Shown here: piece after piece, positions 8,879 to 17,278 of the stretch
Position numbering within the stretch: the first letter of the stretch is position 1
Layout of the letters: each line of letters begins with the position of its first letter
Origin: a virus
Lineage: Duplodnaviria; Caudoviricetes
IMG/VR virus record: IMGVR_UViG_3300027869_000008
Span: 1 to 54,373 of that record
DNA length: 54,373 bases
Direction: 5' to 3' (one strand)
Program-made: the position numbers and the translations under genes
Notes under the pieces: generated by a model
Told to the model about the DNA's origin: nothing
Seen by the model: only the letters and a program-made list of their open reading frames with translations
Databases searched by the model: none

Positions 8879-9319
8879 TTACCTCATTGTGGGGGAAGAT
8901 GGACCGGGCATGGGGCCGCCCATTCCAGGGTTAGCTCCGGGCATGGGATTCGGAGAGACCGCACTGGAACCGAGGGGGCCTCCTCCCATTGTGGACATTA
9001 CGTTTTGAGCTTCACGGAAGGCGTCGATGGCTTTGCTGATTGCTTTCATGGCGGCAGTGAGACCGTCGGCGCTCTTTGGGATACGCATAGCGTATTGAGG
9101 GATGAAGGAGATGATTTTCTGTTGCATCGCCTGGAGTTCTTTCAAGCCTGCTTCGGGATCGGCTCCTCGGAGCTCACTCAACTGTTGAGCGACCGCGTTA
9201 GCTGTCGAGGAGGGATCGAAGCCGGAGGGTCCCATGGGTCCACCCATAGGGTTTCCCCCGGGGCCTCGAAAGGCCATCCCTTGGCGGGCGGCGAGCATCG
9301 GATTGGCGGGGGTTGCCAT
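8879..9319 (-). CDS. Hypothetical head-region protein, Pro/Gly/Met-rich termini
   Basis: 146-aa ORF in a tight operon. Confidence 0.7.
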   Translation of the reverse strand: MATPANPMLAARQGMAFRGPGGNPMGGPMGPSGFDPSSTANAVAQQLSELRGADPEAGLKELQAMQQKIISFIPQYAMRIPKSADGLTAAMKAISKAIDAFREAQNVMSTMGGGPLGSSAVSPNPMPGANPGMGGPMPGPSSPTMR

Positions 9320-9338
9320 TTTTGATTAGCCTAGCTTT

Positions 9339-9521
9339 CTACTTCTTAGTGCCTCGGCTGGATGACTTCGAGCCGCCAGGGACGAAGCCTAGAGGGTCGG
9401 AGGCAGTGAGGACACGAGGGTTGTTGACGGGGAAACGGGGGTCGCCCGAGGGGAGCTTGGCATCGAGAGGGGTTACGAAGTTACCGTAGCCGTCTTTGCC
9501 ACTGCTGGATTTCTTTGCCAT
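9339..9521 (-). CDS. 60-aa hypothetical protein with basic termini
   Basis: RBS AAGGAG; biased codon usage. Confidence 0.75.
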   Translation of the reverse strand: MAKKSSSGKDGYGNFVTPLDAKLPSGDPRFPVNNPRVLTASDPLGFVPGGSKSSSRGTKK

Positions 9522-9553
9522 TTCATTCTCCTTCGTACTAAATTTGATTCATC

Positions 9554-9682
9554 AAAAGACCCACGGGGGCCCTCTGCTTAGGACAGAAGGTCCCCGCTGG
9601 AGCTGCCTCCGCCCCGAGCATAACCCGCTCGGCATCTAGTATCTATGCCGGACGGTGTTTGTCCGAGGGGCGCTCCGAGTCT
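9554..9682 (-). ncRNA. Candidate multibranch structured RNA (~126 nt) ending in a U-tract
   Basis: Nested stems agactc/gggtct, ggagc/gctcc, gcccc/ggggc enclosing ggac/gtcc, ggcat/atgcc and gagc/gctc hairpins, plus an 11-bp hairpin ggggaccttctg/cagagggcccc. Confidence 0.6.
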
Positions 9683-9737
9683 ACTTACGTTTACCTCCCC
9701 GCTTGTGACGGCGGCCTCCACGCTTGTGACGAGCCAT
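9681..9737 (-). CDS. 18-aa protamine/RGG-like peptide (MARHKRGGRRHKRGGKRK)
   Basis: Hand translation; RBS AAAGGAGGATAACCAAC-ATG; internal RHKRGG duplication with synonymous differences. Confidence 0.75.
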   Translation of the reverse strand: MARHKRGGRRHKRGGKRK

Positions 9738-9757
9738 GTTGGTTATCCTCCTTTCGC

Positions 9758-10042
9758 TTAGACTGTTACCATTTCTCTTTCAAACCGGGGGTCGTTGGGG
9801 ATCTCATGGCGGGAGTCACCGTAGATGGAGATCATCTCGGAGGCGCGTCGGCAGAGATAGCTGATCCAAGATTCCTCGGTTGTGAAACGTTCTCGGGTTG
9901 AAGCGTGTTCCATGAATGGGACTGATGGGGTGCCATCGATGGCGATTTGAACTTCGATCCATTCGCTTTGCTTGGGTACGGGGGAGATCTTGAGAATCTC
10001 CACGCGGTGACCTGAGGTGAAGGAATGGGAGAACTGTTTCAC
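9758..10042 (-). CDS. Hypothetical protein, probably leaderless
   Basis: 94 aa; GTG start 7 nt after a -10 box; no RBS. Confidence 0.7.
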   Translation of the reverse strand: MKQFSHSFTSGHRVEILKISPVPKQSEWIEVQIAIDGTPSVPFMEHASTRERFTTEESWISYLCRRASEMISIYGDSRHEIPNDPRFEREMVTV

Positions 10043-10049
10043 AGTGTTG

Positions 10050-10099
10050 AGGATAGAGGTGGGGTGGGGAGAGTGTCAATGAGGGTTGGATTTCATACG
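10050..10099 (-). promoter_or_regulatory. Sigma70-like promoter TTGACA-N18-TATCCT with upstream CGTATGAAATCCA motif
   Basis: Consensus -35; the 13-mer is repeated at 47820-47832. Confidence 0.65.
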
Positions 10100-10111
10100 G
10101 GGATTAGAGTG

Positions 10112-10342
10112 CTAGAGAGAGCGGGGAATCTCTACCCAGACTCGTTTATATTGGTGGTGAGGGGTTTGGTGGAGACGGTAACCGAAGCTCAATAATGAAC
10201 CATCTGAGGCGAGGTTTAGAATGGTGCTGTAGGGGCGGTTAAGGCGTCGGGAGAGCTCCCGGAGGGAGACCCACTCTGTGGAGGATTGGGTGGGTGTCCC
10301 TTGGGGGGGCGCGGCTTTCGCTATGGATGGGGAGGGGGTCAT
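10112..10342 (-). CDS. Small HTH DNA-binding protein
   Basis: WVSLRELSRRLNRPYSTILNL helix-turn-helix pattern. Confidence 0.65.
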   Translation of the reverse strand: MTPSPSIAKAAPPQGTPTQSSTEWVSLRELSRRLNRPYSTILNLASDGSLLSFGYRLHQTPHHQYKRVWVEIPRSL

Positions 10343-12045
10343 CGGCGGGATTTGATATGGGAGAGGGCGGCGAGCTCTTGTTCACGCTGTAAGCCTGCGG
10401 CGATCTCTTCGGCTTCGGGGACCTCCAGCATTTCGAGGGCGTGCTTAGTGTCGAGGAGACCTTCGCTGCGGAGATCCTTGACCATGCTGCGAAGTGCGGC
10501 GGTGGAGACGGGGCGGAGTGAACCGGCGTCGAGTTCGATGGTGTAGTCTTCGAGTTCGTCACCGGAGGTGCCGCTCCATTTTACTTCACCTACTTCTTCG
10601 CCACGACTAAAGGCGGGGAAGGTTCTATCGTTCACGTAGTATTTGACCATCGTGTAGAACAATAATTCACTGAAGCGTTGGATGGGTTCGCTAAACAGAC
10701 GGGCTCTCAAACGGGTGAGATACTGTGCTTGGTAGAGGGTGGCGTCGAAGAGTCCGGGGGATGTGTTACCTGCGCCACCTTCTCCTTGACGGGAAGACGC
10801 GAAGCCCTGGAGTTCACGTTGGAGAGTTAGGAGTCTATCTGGGAACTCTAGAACCTGAGAGGGATAAACATTCGGGGTTTTATATTCAGGGGGCTTAGAG
10901 TTCGCGTGGATTACTCTGACCTCACCGGGGATACCACCAAAGTCATCTGGGTCGATGCCGCAGTCGTCGTAGAGGAAGACTTGGGCGTTATTTACGCGGA
11001 CCATGTTCTCGAAGATTTGGGTGTACATCCTCTCGCTGAGATCCTGGAGTGATTTAGTGAAGCGCATCGGGGGAGGGGGATACCAGCCGAATAAGCAGGG
11101 GAGGGAGGGGAATTTGATGATCGGGAAACGGCGGAGAGGAAAGGGATTGTTGTCATCGAATAGCTTTACGCCTTCGCAGTCTACGATCATTCGACCGTTT
11201 GGGTACTTCATCTTAAATTTAGGTGGGACTGAAAGTCCCCCGAGGTCTCGGGCGAACTCGGAGCCTGCGATATCTTTTACGACTTCAGTGGTGTTATCGT
11301 AGATGAAGGTGTAGCGGACGGTGGCCTTACCGTCGTTCTGGGCACGGTTCTGGAAGTGAGGGCCCATCGTTGAAGTCATGGGGCCGGGTAGCATGTCGAA
11401 CTGACCTGCGGGTTGGTCACCGAGGCCACTAATAAACTGATGGGCTCCAGGTTGGACGTAGGCTCCACGGTCCCAGTATTGGGCGATCTTGTCTACGTAC
11501 ATATCGTCTGTCCACTGGACCCACTGCCAATCGTCTTCGTTGTGGGCGGAGGGGTCGGGGAAGCAACGGGAAGCTAGGATATTCGTGGCGTAGACGAGAC
11601 CTTGACCACGGCGAGCGAAGGCATCGAAGCCTACCATGAGGTAACCGACACCGAAGACCATACTGCTTAGGTAAGTTTCGAGTAGTCGATTGTTGATGAA
11701 GCCCTGACGCCAATGTTGGCGGAATGAATCTTCCCGTTCCTTGTCTCTTTCGCTGTGCTTGGCGACGTAGACTATTGGAGTCGTATCAGATAGGTCTGTG
11801 GCTTCGTTGAGGAAGAGTGTTTGGAGCTGGGGGATACGGACACGGGGTCTAAAAGAGGGGACATCCCCCATGGAGTCTGCGATGTGGTAGAAGTTTTTTG
11901 CATCTTCTTGCCAGCCGACACCGAAAGATGCCCTCTGGCTATCCTGGGAAAGTCTTTGTAACTCGTCTAACTGGCGGAGAAGGCGAGAGTCCGGGGAGTC
12001 GTCACGGCTACTGGACTTCGTGGAGACAGTTCTGAAATTAGCCAC
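10339..12045 (-). CDS. Portal protein (P22-like)
   Basis: 568 aa; FGVGYL.VG.D, FPDP.A, YPNGRMI, DNNPF..FP, LQD, PGEV motifs; lies between TerL and scaffold. Confidence 0.88.
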   Translation of the reverse strand: MANFRTVSTKSSSRDDSPDSRLLRQLDELQRLSQDSQRASFGVGWQEDAKNFYHIADSMGDVPSFRPRVRIPQLQTLFLNEATDLSDTTPIVYVAKHSERDKEREDSFRQHWRQGFINNRLLETYLSSMVFGVGYLMVGFDAFARRGQGLVYATNILASRCFPDPSAHNEDDWQWVQWTDDMYVDKIAQYWDRGAYVQPGAHQFISGLGDQPAGQFDMLPGPMTSTMGPHFQNRAQNDGKATVRYTFIYDNTTEVVKDIAGSEFARDLGGLSVPPKFKMKYPNGRMIVDCEGVKLFDDNNPFPLRRFPIIKFPSLPCLFGWYPPPPMRFTKSLQDLSERMYTQIFENMVRVNNAQVFLYDDCGIDPDDFGGIPGEVRVIHANSKPPEYKTPNVYPSQVLEFPDRLLTLQRELQGFASSRQGEGGAGNTSPGLFDATLYQAQYLTRLRARLFSEPIQRFSELLFYTMVKYYVNDRTFPAFSRGEEVGEVKWSGTSGDELEDYTIELDAGSLRPVSTAALRSMVKDLRSEGLLDTKHALEMLEVPEAEEIAAGLQREQELAALSHIKSRR

Positions 12046-12085
12046 GGGACTCCCTCGGGGTGACCTGTAATCGCAGCACGTGTAG

Positions 12086-12114
12086 AAGGTACATAAGAAT
12101 CAGTTAATTGTCAA
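12086..12114 (-). promoter_or_regulatory. Sigma70-like promoter for the portal operon (TTGACA-N17-TACCTT)
   Basis: Consensus -35 and 17-nt spacer about 40 nt before the portal start. Confidence 0.6.
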
Positions 12115-12531
12115 GGGGGCTTTTAGGGGAGCGGCCTTGAGGGGCTCCGGACTGTCTACTGAGGCATTCAGCCAATCACGGGTAGCTTGGAGAGGTGTGA
12201 TATCGGCATCTCCTTTATCTTTCTTAGATTTACTGAGGAAGTCTTCGATCTCCATGATGACGCTGAAGAGAGCTTTGAGGTCAGAGATGCCGGTGAGGGT
12301 CCCAAGGTTCGCGGCTAGGACCGTTTGGAAATGGGCGTAGGCTTCCACGATGTGGCCCTTATCTCTCAACTCCTTGAAGCGAGTTCCAGCTACCTGGAGA
12401 AGAGCTCTGGCCTCAGCGACCTGCGAGGGGTTGAAGCTGCTGCTCGATCCGCTCGACGGGCTGCTGATAGAGCTTCCAGGGCTGCTAGTTCCGCATCCGA
12501 TTTTGGAAGTGGGGTCCGGGAATTCTGCCAT
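12100..12531 (-). CDS. Hypothetical helical protein (possible terminase small subunit)
   Basis: Helical C-terminal half; lies between TerL and portal; start uncertain because of the 142-nt overlap with the upstream ORF. Confidence 0.55.
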   Translation of the reverse strand: MAEFPDPTSKIGCGTSSPGSSISSPSSGSSSSFNPSQVAEARALLQVAGTRFKELRDKGHIVEAYAHFQTVLAANLGTLTGISDLKALFSVIMEIEDFLSKSKKDKGDADITPLQATRDWLNASVDSPEPLKAAPLKAPLTIN

Positions 12532-12779
12532 TTTGTGTGGTCCCTTTCGTTGATGTTGACTACTGGACGGGAGGGTTCAGAGGGGGGGAGGATGTGGAGT
12601 TGGGCTCCCGGTTTGTGGACTCGGATTGTTACCCTATGGGTGCTAGAGTCAGAGTCCACGCTGAGACAAGTCTCTGGGGGGATCGAGGAGATCTCAGAGT
12701 CGTCGAACTCGATGACTTCTCCTGGGTCTCTGTTGACGAGAGCGATGAGCAATCGAAGGTATTGTTCGGTGATGAGCAT
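12390..12779 (-). CDS. Hypothetical protein
   Basis: RBS AGGAG; 129 aa. Confidence 0.65.
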   Translation of the reverse strand: MLITEQYLRLLIALVNRDPGEVIEFDDSEISSIPPETCLSVDSDSSTHRVTIRVHKPGAQLHILPPSEPSRPVVNINERDHTKWQNSRTPLPKSDAELAALEALSAARRADRAAASTPRRSLRPELFSR

Positions 12780-12876
12780 CTAGTCTCCTAGCATACTAAC
12801 ATACTACGACTTCTACTTCTGACCCACTTCGGGTCGAGAGTGCTTTGCGGTACTTCAGGTGCATGAGAGAGAGAGG

Positions 12877-14637
12877 TCATACTCCCCCCAGGCGGTTCTT
12901 GACGCGACCGCGTTCGATCTTAGATATGTGATCTCGGGCCATCAGAGCACAGTGTTCTTCTGCGAAGCGGCCTAGGGTGACTTGGCCGACTCCCTCTAGG
13001 TATGAGATGGAGGAGCCGCTACGGGCATCGAGGATCGAGGTCGAAGATATCTCCGGGTCCATGTAGTTTGATTTCGCTGCATCGACTAGGCGGGGAGGGG
13101 GATATTGGGTGCGAGCGGCCCAGGCGATCAGGGCGGCGAACATGATATCATCATGCCCACTACGAATTCTCCAGGCTCCCCACTCCTCGACGGCTTTGGA
13201 CATTTGCTGGAGGAGGGCTTCATCACGTACTACCACGAGGCCCTCTCGGAGAGCTGCCCTAAAGTATGTAAAGGCCATCTCACGGGTACGTTGGGTGGTG
13301 TCCCAGCCGCCTAGGTTACGGTCTCCCATTCTACGGATGCGGTCGTCTTTGCCTTTCCACCTGTACAGATTCGGATAATGCATATCGTCACGCATCCGGC
13401 GAAGGGTCTCATAGCCTAGGTTACCTGTGAGCTCCACGTTGACCATGGCGTTGTTGTACCATCTGCCGAGGCCATTACAGAATCTCGCGAGGACCTCTGG
13501 GTTGATGCGTTCAGCGAGTCGTAATACCTGCTCCCCGGTCTCTCCGCAGAACATTACAATAGCAGCGAAGTCCCCTTCTTCCTGACCACGAGCGGCATCT
13601 GCTCCGATGAAGTAGTGGAAGCCGGGGATTGGTTCACGCCACACGAGGACAGGACCATCGGAGCACTTCTCGATCTTTGAGATCCCTGCATCGGTGAGTT
13701 CCATGCGACAGGTGTAGCGGGGGGTCTTGATCGATTCACGCACTCGGGCGATCTCATTCGAGTCGAAGCAGGGGCTTCCACTAGACTGGAAGGCGACCTC
13801 GGGACAATGAGGATATTCCTGGAGGAAGATCTCGATTCTATTTTTACACTCCCCAGCGATCTTCAGGCGACGCCACGCGAGGTTAGAATAGGAGGCTCCC
13901 CATTTTTCCATGAGCTCCTCCTCCTCGTCGTCGATGGCGGGGTCGAGGGGGTAGCCTTCGATGATGCTTGGATCAGCGGTGGCCTCTGGGTCCTCTACCC
14001 AACTCAGGAATATAGGGGTGAAGTCTGTGTCCCCTTCAATGGCCTGCATCCAGTATTCGTAGAATCCCTCCCCTTCGTTTTCAGTACCATTCGCGGTGGA
14101 TTCGAGGACCGTCCAGGAAGTGGGACCGGTAACTGAGGGGAGGAGGGAGGCGAAGGCGGTGTCTGCTGGATAGAAGGCGACCTCGCTGAGATGTAGGAAT
14201 GAAAGGGTCCAGCCACGGCCTGAGGTGGAGTGACCTGCGGTGGCGATGCTGAGTTCACTATTCCCACCTTGGAAGTTGAAGAGGATACTTGACTTCGTGG
14301 GGGGTGTCGTGAGTTTATAGGGGAGAGATTCTACAAGGGAGAGGGGGATCTTGAATAGGGCCTGAGAGGAAGAGTGAGTGTGCGCGAGGATCTTCGCGGT
14401 GGCATTCGCTTGGGCGAGGCAGTGGATCGTGGCGAAGGCATCGAAGAGGCTGGACATGCCGACGCGACGGGACTTCAGGATAATAAACTTCATCGGCCTA
14501 CCTGCCATCTGGGTAGACTTGACGATCTCCACAGCCTTACGCTGATTCGGGTTTAGACGGAAAGGGATGCGAGTACCTCCACGAATCGGGGGGATCGTCA
14601 TCCTTTCCATCAGTCGAACAGCGTTATCGATGTTCAC
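12877..14637 (-). CDS. terL: Terminase large subunit
   Basis: LNPNQ, Walker A IILKSRRVGMS, Walker B FLHLSE, LESTANG, FLQEYP, nuclease IGADAA..GD and GHDDIMFA. Confidence 0.95.
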   Translation of the reverse strand: MNIDNAVRLMERMTIPPIRGGTRIPFRLNPNQRKAVEIVKSTQMAGRPMKFIILKSRRVGMSSLFDAFATIHCLAQANATAKILAHTHSSSQALFKIPLSLVESLPYKLTTPPTKSSILFNFQGGNSELSIATAGHSTSGRGWTLSFLHLSEVAFYPADTAFASLLPSVTGPTSWTVLESTANGTENEGEGFYEYWMQAIEGDTDFTPIFLSWVEDPEATADPSIIEGYPLDPAIDDEEEELMEKWGASYSNLAWRRLKIAGECKNRIEIFLQEYPHCPEVAFQSSGSPCFDSNEIARVRESIKTPRYTCRMELTDAGISKIEKCSDGPVLVWREPIPGFHYFIGADAARGQEEGDFAAIVMFCGETGEQVLRLAERINPEVLARFCNGLGRWYNNAMVNVELTGNLGYETLRRMRDDMHYPNLYRWKGKDDRIRRMGDRNLGGWDTTQRTREMAFTYFRAALREGLVVVRDEALLQQMSKAVEEWGAWRIRSGHDDIMFAALIAWAARTQYPPPRLVDAAKSNYMDPEISSTSILDARSGSSISYLEGVGQVTLGRFAEEHCALMARDHISKIERGRVKNRLGGV

Positions 14638-14785
14638 TCTTCACCCTTCGGACACCGATCTCGCCTGGGGACTCTAGGAGCTTCTTTGCTTTCTCCATCG
14701 CGAGCTCCTGCTCCACAGGGTTCAAGTCTCCCCTCTTTAACAATAGTGCAATCTGCATCGCCACCCTAAAAACCATCGGGCTCAT
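14624..14785 (-). CDS. 53-aa hypothetical protein (MSPMVFRVAMQIALLLKRGDLN...)
   Basis: Hand translation; ATGA overlap with the upstream stop; fills the gap to terL. Confidence 0.55.
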   Translation of the reverse strand: MSPMVFRVAMQIALLLKRGDLNPVEQELAMEKAKKLLESPGEIGVRRVKSEHR

Positions 14786-15348
14786 TGTTTCACCATTGGG
14801 CTAGGGGGAGCAGGGGTCGTGAGGGCCTCCGTCTGCTCCCTCTGAACCTCCTGCCTCCAAGCAGTGTAGCATTTCTCGGAGCAGATGAAGTAAGAGACTA
14901 CCTGCCCGTCGATGATCCGGTCACGTTTGAACTTGAACTGATCCCTAGGGAAGGTGCCCCTACATGTACCGGGAACAGTATTCGCTTTCACGTGGGATTC
15001 GCTGGCCATGATGCATGTGACGGTATCTCCTTGTTCGACGTTCTCACGTTCACGAAGAATAGTCGCCCCTCGTTCAGCGGATAGTCTCACGTCTGCGAGT
15101 AGTTTGTAGCCATCCGCGAGGGGCACGGTGCGCCACATTTCTTTATCTGAGGCGATGAGCTCGTGGTAGGAGTCCCAGCGTTTCTGGACAGCTTGGGACT
15201 GCTGGGGGGCGGCAGCGTGGACGGGCTCCGCTTCGACTGGGGCTTCAATCGGGGGGAGGGGCTTTGGCTTGGGCTTCGGAGACTTCTTCACGGGAGCCAT
15301 AGGGGTGTCGTGATGGGTTGTGAGAGTGGCTGGGATTGTTGGGAGCAT
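14782..15348 (-). CDS. Hypothetical protein with TRASH/YHS-like Cys motif
   Basis: C...C..F....FICSEKCY; Pro/Lys-rich N-terminus. Confidence 0.65.
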   Translation of the reverse strand: MLPTIPATLTTHHDTPMAPVKKSPKPKPKPLPPIEAPVEAEPVHAAAPQQSQAVQKRWDSYHELIASDKEMWRTVPLADGYKLLADVRLSAERGATILRERENVEQGDTVTCIMASESHVKANTVPGTCRGTFPRDQFKFKRDRIIDGQVVSYFICSEKCYTAWRQEVQREQTEALTTPAPPSPMVKQ

Positions 15349-15354
15349 AGTGTA

Positions 15355-15879
15355 TTACCTCGTTTCAAATGTAGTGAAGGACCCCTCACCTGTGCCGAGA
15401 CGTTCTGACTGGGAGATCGCTCCTCCATCTCCGTCACGGCGGGGGCGAGAGGGGCGGGTTGTCTCGATGAGATTGTCGATGGCGTCAGGTTGTTCAGGGA
15501 TAGCTGAGGGCTCAGCGGAGAAGAAGTTCAGGAGTAAATTCGTGAGATCGTTCACGGCATCGTTGGACAAAGGGGGCTGTCCAAGCTGCTCCCAGATCTT
15601 AGCGATAGTCTCCGAGGAGCGTTGGCAGAAGATATCGATATCAAAGTTAACGGGTTCAGTTGGCACAGGTTGACTTTCCGCTCCCCGTCGAGGGGAGCTA
15701 CTCGCGGCAGCGAGCGGGGCGTGGCGGAATATATGTGCTTCGAGGCGGGCGATGACATTCTGGAGAATGGCCTTCGCTTGACCTGAGTAGCCTGAGTCGG
15801 GTTGGATCTCGCGTAGCCAGAAGTCTTCTACGAGGGAATGGAACTGGGGGCGGGATACGTTGAGGGTTTCGTTTGCCAT
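15355..15879 (-). CDS. Hypothetical protein
   Basis: RBS AGGAG; 174 aa. Confidence 0.7.
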   Translation of the reverse strand: MANETLNVSRPQFHSLVEDFWLREIQPDSGYSGQAKAILQNVIARLEAHIFRHAPLAAASSSPRRGAESQPVPTEPVNFDIDIFCQRSSETIAKIWEQLGQPPLSNDAVNDLTNLLLNFFSAEPSAIPEQPDAIDNLIETTRPSRPRRDGDGGAISQSERLGTGEGSFTTFETR

Positions 15880-15966
15880 CTTAGCTCCTATGAACTCTCA
15901 CGGCTATTAGCCCCAAACCTCGGGTGGCTTTACCGGGAGCAGGTTTCGGTTCAATTCGTTTAGTAC

Positions 15967-16239
15967 TCAAGCGGACCTCCGGATGTCGAAGTATGTCTTC
16001 TTACGGGCGAGCTCTTGTTCAGAGAGGGTACGAATCCGATCCCGCTTCTGCGCGGCCTCCCACTGAGCACGCATAGATTCCTCGGGCTTCGAGACTACCC
16101 ATGAACACTTACAGCTCTCACACCCAAAGACCCAATGGCTCTCCCCCTCACTCACGATGACAGTCCGGGGGGATAGGCAACGTTGGTGAGTGGAGCCGGT
16201 GGGTAGAAGACGTGAATTAGGGCAAGCGGGGAGGGTCAC
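15967..16239 (-). CDS. Zn-ribbon-like hypothetical protein
   Basis: CP..C and CESC; 4-nt overlap with the upstream gene. Confidence 0.65.
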   Translation of the reverse strand: MTLPACPNSRLLPTGSTHQRCLSPRTVIVSEGESHWVFGCESCKCSWVVSKPEESMRAQWEAAQKRDRIRTLSEQELARKKTYFDIRRSA

Positions 16240-16469
16240 TGAGAGATCTCCAGTTTCTTCCCAATGTTCAATGGGGCAGGGGCTTCGTACTCTGCGACCT
16301 CTCCACTAGAGGGACACTCAGGCACAGGGGGGTGCTTCACCTGGATAAATCTCGTGATAACATGCGTCCCATTCATCACTTGTTGTTCTTGGACGCGAGG
16401 GTCTCCGCTCAATAAAACCACGCCGCAGCGAGCACAGACGGGGCACGGGGGATTGAGATAAATAAGCAT
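16236..16469 (-). CDS. Zn-finger-like protein (CxxC..H..C), paralogue
   Basis: PVCARCG...KHPPVPEC. Confidence 0.65.
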   Translation of the reverse strand: MLIYLNPPCPVCARCGVVLLSGDPRVQEQQVMNGTHVITRFIQVKHPPVPECPSSGEVAEYEAPAPLNIGKKLEISQ

Positions 16470-16472
16470 GGG

Positions 16473-16691
16473 TTACTTTGTTCCTTTTGGCAGAGGCACT
16501 TCCTCTACCTCAATAGGGATTTGAGAGTGAGGGAGAGCAATTGATAGGCCGTGGTTCTTACATGCATCTTCTCCGTGCTTCCAGATAATGACCGCAGGTT
16601 TATCGGGATGGTAGAAAGGATTAGCGGGTGAGAGTGTAGAACCACACTCTGCACAAACTGGGTATTCGATTGGTTTCGTGTAGACTTTCAC
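16473..16691 (-). CDS. Zn-finger-like protein (CxxC..H..C), paralogue
   Basis: PVCAECG...KHGEDAC. Confidence 0.65.
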   Translation of the reverse strand: MKVYTKPIEYPVCAECGSTLSPANPFYHPDKPAVIIWKHGEDACKNHGLSIALPHSQIPIEVEEVPLPKGTK

Positions 16692-17116
16692 TTCGCAGCC
16701 TCCTGGAGGCGCATGGCCTCATATTGACTCTCCCGCTTCTTGTTCAGCCAACGCTTCAATGCCCCCCGCTTCGCACGAGCTGAGTGTACAGAACGCTCCC
16801 CCCTCATCTGCTGCTCCGGGTACAGGAGAGCCTTGGTGATTCCTCCGATGACTCCGGCGTGTTGAATCTGCTTGAGTCCAGTGGGATAAATAAGTTCAAG
16901 CTCTCGCATTCTCTTATCGTACCGCCGAAGCGCCTCCCTTCGCAGATCTTCAGGGAGGAACCAGAAGAGGTCCATACGATTTCTAATCCGGTCCACCCAC
17001 CGAATCCCCTTAACAAGAGGGTGTTTTGGTCTGGACTTAAGATGCTCAAGGGGCCCATGCTTCCTGAGATCTTCGCGTCGCTCAAGCTGTTCGAGGTAAT
17101 AGGCATCTGGCTTCAC
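16688..17116 (-). CDS. Basic hypothetical protein
   Basis: 142 aa; 4-nt overlaps on both sides. Confidence 0.7.
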   Translation of the reverse strand: MKPDAYYLEQLERREDLRKHGPLEHLKSRPKHPLVKGIRWVDRIRNRMDLFWFLPEDLRREALRRYDKRMRELELIYPTGLKQIQHAGVIGGITKALLYPEQQMRGERSVHSARAKRGALKRWLNKKRESQYEAMRLQEAAK

Positions 17117-17277
17117 CGCTTCTTCCCCCTCCGCTTCGTCCTACGCTTACGACGACGCGACTCCCTCTTCTTCCTCATCGAAGCGGCGACAGCACTTTTC
17201 TGGGAGTGGCCTGAGTGAATCATCTCCCTGATATTTTCACTTACGACTTCGCTGCTGGTACCAGGGTGGAGGGGCAT
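17113..17277 (-). CDS. 54-aa small phage protein (MPLHPGTSSEVVSENIREMIHSG...) with protamine-like tail RKKRESRRRKRRTKRRGKKR
   Basis: Hand translation; resembles the common MPL..G.S..V.S.NI.E...SG...QAVA small phage protein; exactly fills the gap between flanking genes. Confidence 0.8.
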   Translation of the reverse strand: MPLHPGTSSEVVSENIREMIHSGHSQKSAVAASMRKKRESRRRKRRTKRRGKKR

Positions 17278-17278
17278 A

